A stretch of 43,783 bases of DNA, taken from contig CALVID010000005.1 of NCBI GenBank assembly GCA_944329355.1, forward strand, positions 1 through 43,783, given 5' to 3'. The notes under the pieces are model-generated. The model did no database searches. It was given only the letters and a program-made list of their open reading frames with translations, and was not told the origin of the DNA. The position numbers and the translations under genes are program-made. Positions 37,591-43,783 of the stretch are shown in pieces; position 1 is the stretch's first letter, and every line of letters starts with the position of its first letter. Source of the stretch: an uncultured Bacilli bacterium (GTDB lineage: Bacteria > Bacillota_I > Bacilli_A > RF39 > UBA660).

Positions 37591-37950
37591 TTATTTCTTG
37601 AATACTACAATTGAACCATCTCCTTTCACAAGGTATCCTTTTTTTAATCGTTCATTCTCGATTCTTAATTTCATATTTTCATATTCTAATTCTTCTTCTC
37701 GATTCTTAAAGTGCTTTTTAGCGTATATTTTAGCTAATGGATTCCCAGGCTTTTTTTGGTTTTTTAATCCTTCTATTCCATGCTCTTTATATTTTCTGAC
37801 CCATGTACTTAACATTCCATTACTAATTCCAGTTCTTCTTGTTACTTCACCAGAAGTTAATTCATAATCTAATATTGGTTTAATTATTTTATACTTTTCT
37901 TCTGCGGACCAATATTTGTTTTTTCCTCCTTTAGGTCTTCCTTTTGCCAT
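37591..37950 (-). CDS. IS3 transposase OrfA (HTH)
   Basis: 119 aa with MAKGRPKGGKNKYWSAEEKYKII...GISNGMLSTWVRKYKEHGIEGL and a leucine-zipper-like C-terminus. Confidence 0.85.
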   Translation of the reverse strand: MAKGRPKGGKNKYWSAEEKYKIIKPILDYELTSGEVTRRTGISNGMLSTWVRKYKEHGIEGLKNQKKPGNPLAKIYAKKHFKNREEELEYENMKLRIENERLKKGYLVKGDGSIVVFKK

Positions 37951-38046
37951 CTTATCATCTCCTTAATCTAATTTTACCAAAAGAAAAAGTAAACACATCT
38001 TTTTTTGTGTCTACTTTTATCTTATAAGTTCAATGTAATATTCTTC

Positions 38047-38346
38047 TCAATCACTTACTCTAATATTTGTACCATCAACATTTTTATATACACGTTTCTC
38101 ATTTTTAGAAACTTTTTTCATAATTTCATCTTCTAAATCAAAGCCTAACATTTCAGATAAGCCAAGCAAATAAATTGCAATGTCAGCCAATTCTTCATTT
38201 AGATCATCTTTTTTCTTTCTGTAAGCATCAAAGGCTTCTGCTACTTCCCCATACAAAAAGCAAAACTCTTTTTCTACATTTGTGGTATTAAATCCTTTAT
38301 TTAATTTGTTTTGCCAAACTTCTTTTTGAATTTGTTTTAAATTCAT
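38047..38346 (-). CDS. MazG-like all-alpha nucleoside-triphosphate pyrophosphohydrolase
   Basis: 99 aa with the metal-binding pattern GEVAEAFDAYRK...NEELADIAIYLLGL (E-x2-E...E-x2-D). Confidence 0.75.
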   Translation of the reverse strand: MNLKQIQKEVWQNKLNKGFNTTNVEKEFCFLYGEVAEAFDAYRKKKDDLNEELADIAIYLLGLSEMLGFDLEDEIMKKVSKNEKRVYKNVDGTNIRVSD

Positions 38347-39910
38347 ATTCTACCTCCCTATTAAATTCATTATAGTAATTTACTACTCTTTCTAAATTAT
38401 AATATAAAAATGAATCAAGTTCAATGGGACTTAGAGTTTTGTCATTACAAATTGTAATTACAGGATACTTTTGTTTTTTTATTTCTATATACCCTATATT
38501 ATCTGTTGTTTCAATATATGAAAAATAATCTTTATTATAAACATTGTCCATTGTAGTTTCAGAAACGAAATGTCCACCATTTTCATATCTTTTAGTATTT
38601 CTCTCTTTTCTAATAGTTAATGGTGATACTAAATTAACTATAACAGTATTTTCTTTATGTGGTAAATAATCAAGTATAGAATCAATACTTCTTTTATAAA
38701 CATTCTTACCAAACTCATGTTCATACAATTCATCTTTACCACGAGAAAATTGAATTATATTATTTTTAGAATGTAAAACAGATACTGCTTTTTCTAAAAT
38801 CATATCCCATAAAATAGGTCTAATAATATCATGTCCATTTCCATCAAGAGATTTTTTTGTATAGTGATTAATATTATCATAGTTTGCAATATACTCATTA
38901 TAAATATTATCCATAAATTTTAATTTATCTTTTAATTTAGTAAATTGGTCTTTACTTAAAACTAATGATTCATCATCCAACATAAATGTTTCTAATAATG
39001 GTTCTAAATCATCTACATCAGTATAAATATCATAATATTTTTTTAGATAATTAATAAATGTTGTTTTTCCAGAACACGAATTACCAATTACAATTATATT
39101 ATTAGGTAAACGTTTAGGTGTTATTATATTAAATGAATCAATATTTCTATCTATGTTTGTTAATGCTCCAACTCTTTCTAAAGAAATATAACTATTTTGT
39201 ATTCCAAAAGAAACGGATTCATTTATAGATTTCCCATCTATGTATTGAGATAAAAATCCTCCTATAAAAGTATCACCTGCACCTGTGGATGAAACAATAT
39301 TATCTTTTGGTTGTATTGGAAAACATAAATTTCCTGTTGGGGTGATCACAATCACAGGCTTATCCTCATTAGTAATAATTTTATAAGGAATCTTATTTAT
39401 ATAATTTTTTATTAGAGAATATTCCTTCATATTACAAAATAACAATTTTATTTTCTCTTGATACTTTATAATATATGGCAACATATCTTCAACACTATGA
39501 ATCATTACATCCACAGATAGTGTTTGAAATTTTATATTAGGATTATCCAATATAGATTCTATATTTACGCCTTTTCTAAATGAAATATTCAAATGATTAA
39601 TATTAATTTGTTTAGAAAACGTAAAAGGCTTATTATAATATTTTAATCCTTCACAACTTCCATCGTTTTCATTTAATTTAAAAGTTGTAATATTGTCATT
39701 TACATTACCTAAATTTATAATATCACAATGTTGTAATAAATCATTCAATTCCTTATTTACATTACTTATAATCGCAATGTTTTTATCAGAACAAGTTCTA
39801 CATGATAATGAGCTATATATAGCACTTCCACCATAAGTTTTATATTGTTCTTTACCAGCCATAATATAATCAATAGAACTATTACCAACAAAACAAATAT
39901 TAATCATCAA
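38297..39910 (-). CDS. fusion of a PfkB-family (ribokinase-like) sugar/nucleoside kinase and a P-loop kinase-like domain
   Basis: The N-terminal half carries the PfkB signature SSTGAGDTFIGGF. The C-terminal half has the Walker A motif IVIGNSCSGKTTF. Confidence 0.7.
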   Translation of the reverse strand: MMINICFVGNSSIDYIMAGKEQYKTYGGSAIYSSLSCRTCSDKNIAIISNVNKELNDLLQHCDIINLGNVNDNITTFKLNENDGSCEGLKYYNKPFTFSKQININHLNISFRKGVNIESILDNPNIKFQTLSVDVMIHSVEDMLPYIIKYQEKIKLLFCNMKEYSLIKNYINKIPYKIITNEDKPVIVITPTGNLCFPIQPKDNIVSSTGAGDTFIGGFLSQYIDGKSINESVSFGIQNSYISLERVGALTNIDRNIDSFNIITPKRLPNNIIVIGNSCSGKTTFINYLKKYYDIYTDVDDLEPLLETFMLDDESLVLSKDQFTKLKDKLKFMDNIYNEYIANYDNINHYTKKSLDGNGHDIIRPILWDMILEKAVSVLHSKNNIIQFSRGKDELYEHEFGKNVYKRSIDSILDYLPHKENTVIVNLVSPLTIRKERNTKRYENGGHFVSETTMDNVYNKDYFSYIETTDNIGYIEIKKQKYPVITICNDKTLSPIELDSFLYYNLERVVNYYNEFNREVEYEFKTNSKRSLAKQIK

Positions 39911-40398
39911 ACTAACCTCTTAACCTTTGCTTGAATTTGTGATTTATTTTCTAAACTCGTATTATATTGGTAAACATCAATATAATCTTCACTATATCGC
40001 ATTATAGAATCATATTGTTTATCAAGCAAATCATAATATTGCATAATTGTATTGTAGTCACCAATATCAGACAATCTTCTGGCTAATAAAGTTTCTTTTG
40101 AAGCCGTTAAATATATAATAGATGTATCTACTTGTTTATATGCCATTAAAAGTTTTGTATATTCTTCTAAATTAATTTTACTTTTTCCTCTCAAAATTGG
40201 TCCATATACCATTTCACTAATAAATGAGCGATCTAGTACTAAACTGCCAGTATCTTCCTTTAATATTCGCATATACTTAGTCATTAAGTCCATATTTCTG
40301 ACATCATAATCGAAATGATATTTTTTCATACCATTAGATACAAAATAATCTACTAAAGTCGTTTTCCCTACTCCATCCATTCCTTCAACTATCAGCAT
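39907..40398 (-). CDS. thymidylate-kinase-like (d)NMP kinase
   Basis: Contains MLIVEGMDGVGKTTLV (the Tmk-type P-loop EGxDGxGKTT) and LDRSFISEMVYG (the DR[YF] region). At 163 aa it is shorter than a housekeeping Tmk. Confidence 0.7.
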   Translation of the reverse strand: MLIVEGMDGVGKTTLVDYFVSNGMKKYHFDYDVRNMDLMTKYMRILKEDTGSLVLDRSFISEMVYGPILRGKSKINLEEYTKLLMAYKQVDTSIIYLTASKETLLARRLSDIGDYNTIMQYYDLLDKQYDSIMRYSEDYIDVYQYNTSLENKSQIQAKVKRLV

Positions 40399-40417
40399 TT
40401 TATCACCCCATTACTAT

Positions 40418-41185
40418 TTACTTTTTACATTTGCATAAAACCTTTACTCCTGCTTTAGCAAGAGGACATTCTTCAGGTCTATGTTTATTACAAAAATGTC
40501 TTTTATAATAAATTAATACTAAATGACTCCACCAGGTAGCATTAGAGGTATCAGGAATATTTAAATTACTATATCCATTTTTTTCTATAATATCTTTTAA
40601 ATCTAAATTTCTAGTTAACTCCTCGAGTTCTTTCCTTAAATAATCGTGTCCAATAGCAGTTTTATATGTAGAAAAACCTAAACAAGGTAATTCTATATCT
40701 TTCATTCCACTATCTACTGGCATAATTCCAGACTCATAATATCCACGCATATAAAGAACACAACATTGAGCCACTTTATAAGATGCTCCAGAAACATTTT
40801 TAGCAATTAACTCAATTAATTCTTCATTTGATAATTTTAGCAAATCATTTGAACGCTCTTCGATAAAATGAATCATTGAGTGAATATACTTATATCTTGT
40901 GTTTGATAAACCTAATCCTTTAATAATTTCTTTTATCTGCTGTTCTGACAAATTTTTTATTTCATCATAACTAAAACTATCTAGATTATCTATTACTTTC
41001 TGATAACTATGAATCATATTATAAGATATTCTGGTGGAAAGACCTGCGATTAATAATCTTTTGCGATAATCTGTTACTTTTAATGGCCACCACATATTAT
41101 CATCATGGTTTTTAAATATATCTTCACGAACACAATCTTGACTACTACATATATCAAGTATGTTTTTATATTCTTTCTTTTCCAT
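40418..41185 (-). CDS. HhH-GPD (endonuclease III/glycosylase-fold) superfamily protein, divergent
   Basis: Contains LLIAGLSTRISY..., the HhH-like segment VSGASYKVAQCCVLYMRGY followed by MPVDSG (Asp at the GPD position), and the C-terminal Cys pattern C-x8-C-x10-C-x-C. Confidence 0.55.
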   Translation of the reverse strand: MEKKEYKNILDICSSQDCVREDIFKNHDDNMWWPLKVTDYRKRLLIAGLSTRISYNMIHSYQKVIDNLDSFSYDEIKNLSEQQIKEIIKGLGLSNTRYKYIHSMIHFIEERSNDLLKLSNEELIELIAKNVSGASYKVAQCCVLYMRGYYESGIMPVDSGMKDIELPCLGFSTYKTAIGHDYLRKELEELTRNLDLKDIIEKNGYSNLNIPDTSNATWWSHLVLIYYKRHFCNKHRPEECPLAKAGVKVLCKCKK

Positions 41186-41195
41186 ACACTTCTCC

Positions 41196-41840
41196 TTATA
41201 AATTTTCTCTAATTATTTTTGAAAATAAACTTGAATTACTAGAAATTACCTTCACGTTTAGTTTTCTTTCAACATTGCTAATAAAATGCAAAGTAGGAAG
41301 ATTTGTGCAAGAAATAATAATATCTCCATCATCACTTTGATAATTATTAATGATAAATTTCTCAAGTTTATTTTTTCCAAAGTCAAAATAATCTTTAGTA
41401 TTAATTAGATTTAAATTAATTATTCTATTTACATTAATATAATTGCCTTCAAGTTCTTTTTTAACTTTACTGCCAAGCTCATCATTATATGGGGTAATTA
41501 GCAAGCATTTCTTTATATTTTTTAACTTTGCTTCTTCGACTAATGCTCCAGCTGGATTATTTGAAATGTTTAAATTTTCACTAACAATGGCAGATGATGT
41601 ACAAAAATATCCAACATAATAAACATCTAAGTATGTTAAATTCTCTGTTTTGTTGTTACTGTCTTCCGCTAACTCTTTTAAATACTGCTCTTTATTTTCC
41701 TTATAACTAGTCTTATAATCTAACTTTGCAGTATAAAAAATATAATCATTACAATCTAAAATATTCTTATTAAATAAATACTGTAGCTCATGTTCAACTG
41801 TTAAATTAGTCTTTGGAATTAGTAACCCTATTTTTCTCAT
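41196..41840 (-). CDS. Asp/Glu/hydantoin-racemase superfamily protein (maleate-isomerase/arylmalonate-decarboxylase-like)
   Basis: Contains KIGLLIPKTNLTVEHE and two candidate catalytic Cys motifs, YFCTSS and ISCTNLPT. The protein ends with VISSNSS. Confidence 0.6.
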   Translation of the reverse strand: MRKIGLLIPKTNLTVEHELQYLFNKNILDCNDYIFYTAKLDYKTSYKENKEQYLKELAEDSNNKTENLTYLDVYYVGYFCTSSAIVSENLNISNNPAGALVEEAKLKNIKKCLLITPYNDELGSKVKKELEGNYINVNRIINLNLINTKDYFDFGKNKLEKFIINNYQSDDGDIIISCTNLPTLHFISNVERKLNVKVISSNSSLFSKIIRENL

Positions 41841-43363
41841 AAAAGTTCTCCTAAAATTGTTCTATTTCCAACATATCCAATTACTCTAATTTTATAAAAA
41901 TGATCTAATTCTAACTTTTTATTTTTAATAACAATCCTAACTGGACAAGTTGCCATTTGTCTTAAAATTGAATTGCCATCTTTATACATTTCCATTCTTA
42001 ATTCTGAAATAACTAGACCAATCGGAAAAACTTGTTTTAACATTGGTACACTAAATTCCTTTTCAATAGTATCACTCCATACATGAAATTCTTTCAATTC
42101 TTCTTCATTATAATGATCAAATTGTTCCCCATACGGTGAAGTTAATTTACGTACAAAAACTCTACGAACCCAATTTCCAGAATCTAATATTTTTTTAAAA
42201 TTATCTAAATTATATTGTAAAGTTTTTTCTGTTTGTCCATCCAAACCATAAATAATATTTATACCAGGTAATAGTTTAGGTAAACCTGTTTTTCCACGCT
42301 CTTTACCAAATTTATTAATTATAGCTATTGATTTATGAATATCATTTATAGTCCCATTTAAATTACATTTTTCTCTAACAACTGGATCAAATGACTCAAC
42401 GCCAAAAGGTGTGATATTACCATCAGTTGTATATTTAGCAACTACTCTAGTAATCTCTTTACCTTCTTTGGTATCAACATTATGAGGGCTAACATTATCT
42501 ATATGGAGTGTTTTAATATTTGGACATTTTTCCCATATTTCCTTAAAAAGTAATTCAATTTCTTTAGCATTACAGTCCTTATATGCATAAAAATTTGGTT
42601 GTCTTCCTAATCTAAAATATAAAGCTCCCTCTTGATACAAACTATAAATTTCATTTACAATATCTTCTCTTTCTCTAAATTGTAACGGTAACCCTCTCAT
42701 TCCTTCTATACAAAATGTACATCCAGGATTTCTGTTACATCCTGTAGCTGTTTCTATTTCGATAACTAATGGTCTTTCTAATTGTTTTAAAACGTCACTA
42801 GAAGCAATTGCTATGTCCTTTAGTTTATCATAATTTGGATTAAATCTATTTCCTGAATTGTCAATAAAATAATTATATGTATTACCAAAAACAATATCAT
42901 TAAACAAATTTTCTGGAACGGTCTTTTTGATATGTCTTCTTGTCAATTCATTACCACCAAGTGAGTAAAATAAAACCTTGTTACTTTCTTTTAGACTATA
43001 TTTGTTAAGTAATTTTTCCATTTCTAAAAAAGTCGGTGGCTCTGCTGAAACATATTCATATTTTACAAAACATCCCATAACTACATATATATTATTTGCA
43101 CTTTTTAAAATATCTTTTACATTATCTTTGTTCTTAGTTGTATTTAAAATTCTCTTATTAAATGAATTTTCAAAATGTGTTTCACCATCACAATATCTTA
43201 AATCATCTATTGTTAAATAATAATATTTCCTTTTCAGTTGTGATAATGCTCCTGCAATATATCTTGAATGAACACTAAAAAATGGTGGTACACCTAATCC
43301 TGAAGGTTCATCTGTATATCCATCAATAATAACATCATAATTCATAAAATTCCTCCTAGTCAA
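41837..43363 (-). CDS. radical-SAM-like enzyme with an atypical C-x5-C-x2-C cluster motif
   Basis: 508 aa with an N-terminal IIDGYTDEPSGLGVPPF module, the core motif ETATGCNRNPGCTFCIEG, and a later GINIIYGLDGQT. The C-terminal beta-rich tail (YKIRVIGYVGNRTILGE) is reminiscent of TRAM-type tails. Confidence 0.65.
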   Translation of the reverse strand: MTRRNFMNYDVIIDGYTDEPSGLGVPPFFSVHSRYIAGALSQLKRKYYYLTIDDLRYCDGETHFENSFNKRILNTTKNKDNVKDILKSANNIYVVMGCFVKYEYVSAEPPTFLEMEKLLNKYSLKESNKVLFYSLGGNELTRRHIKKTVPENLFNDIVFGNTYNYFIDNSGNRFNPNYDKLKDIAIASSDVLKQLERPLVIEIETATGCNRNPGCTFCIEGMRGLPLQFREREDIVNEIYSLYQEGALYFRLGRQPNFYAYKDCNAKEIELLFKEIWEKCPNIKTLHIDNVSPHNVDTKEGKEITRVVAKYTTDGNITPFGVESFDPVVREKCNLNGTINDIHKSIAIINKFGKERGKTGLPKLLPGINIIYGLDGQTEKTLQYNLDNFKKILDSGNWVRRVFVRKLTSPYGEQFDHYNEEELKEFHVWSDTIEKEFSVPMLKQVFPIGLVISELRMEMYKDGNSILRQMATCPVRIVIKNKKLELDHFYKIRVIGYVGNRTILGELL

Positions 43364-43783
43364 TTAACGTACTTACGTGAAATGGTAAAAATTTATTTCC
43401 AAGTTCTTTAATTCCTTTAAATAAAATGTCGTGAGTATCATCTATTAATACTGCATACTCATATTTTTTTGATTCCAATTTTTTCTTAATAACTTGAATT
43501 TTAGCATCTTTTCGTGATTCAAAATTAGCATTATAAGTAAAAATTCTATTTTCTTTTTTTATAAAATCAGCATACTTATCAAGCCACTCATCCTTTTCAT
43601 CTGCCTGTTCTTTAAAAAAGCAAGAGCTTAAAATATAAACATCAAATCCTTCTTCATCATTAATTTTTTTCAAATTATTAATTGTAGTATATATAGGCCG
43701 TTTCTTTAGATACGTTCCTTGTACATTATTTTTTATATTTTCTTCTTTACCAAACCTATTATCTGCAATGACTTTTTCTTTTT
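43356..43783 (-). CDS. HAD-type 5'(3')-deoxyribonucleotidase (NT5C)-like protein, 5' end outside the window
   Basis: The frame stays open from 43673 to the window edge (...KEKVIADNRFGKEEN...). Contains DVYILSS, EKDEWLDKY and VLIDDTHD. The ORF-track TTG start is probably internal. Confidence 0.55.
   Translation of the reverse strand, partial: KEKVIADNRFGKEENIKNNVQGTYLKKRPIYTTINNLKKINDEEGFDVYILSSCFFKEQADEKDEWLDKYADFIKKENRIFTYNANFESRKDAKIQVIKKKLESKKYEYAVLIDDTHDILFKGIKELGNKFLPFHVSTLID

Larger units (their letters stand above)
36668..38032 (-). mobile_element. IS3-family insertion sequence, apparently intact
   Basis: Imperfect terminal inverted repeats of about 34 bp: TGGACTTGTCAATAAAAAGTAGACAGTAAAAAAG (left) versus the reverse complement of the right end, TGAACTTATAAGATAAAAGTAGACACAAAAAAAG. 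It has an orfA/orfB arrangement with an A7G slippery site. Confidence 0.8.

Overview
AT-rich (about 20-25% GC by hand count) chromosomal window from a low-GC, probably spore-forming Bacillota-type bacterium. It uses the standard genetic code: Trp is TGG throughout the long ORFs. The window is a mosaic of housekeeping genes and decayed mobile DNA. Housekeeping genes include tRNA-Ala, a 13-gene tRNA array, trpS, an S1-domain protein, NifU-like, RlmA-like, a DUF368 membrane protein and CotZ/CotY-like plus CotS-like coat proteins. I count four tyrosine-integrase fragments and no intact integrase. There are tandem decayed integrative elements at tRNA-Pro, a duplicated tRNA-Ala 3' end, att-like direct repeats around a RhuM-family gene, and one apparently intact IS3-family element. 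Two blocks stand out. (1) 38047-43783 (minus strand, running off the window edge) is a translationally coupled operon in which every product is a nucleotide, nucleoside or base-handling enzyme: NT5C-like nucleotidase, atypical radical SAM enzyme, Asp/Glu-racemase-like, HhH-GPD glycosylase-fold, thymidylate-kinase-like, PfkB plus P-loop kinase fusion, and MazG-like. I cannot assign it to a named pathway. It is my best candidate for an undescribed nucleotide or DNA-base modification system, or a nucleotide-targeting defence system. (2) 26912-33824 is a GC-richer island (about 37-42% GC) encoding ACP, a CocE/NonD-family hydrolase, a phosphate acyltransferase, butyrate kinase, transport proteins and a divergent AcpS. 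This is an unusual carrier-protein-linked, substrate-level-phosphorylation gene set. A third accessory module (2771-4936) is a tandem array of four divergent small paralogs followed by a Cys-containing protein. All calls rest on motifs read by eye from the supplied translations and the DNA; no database search was possible.
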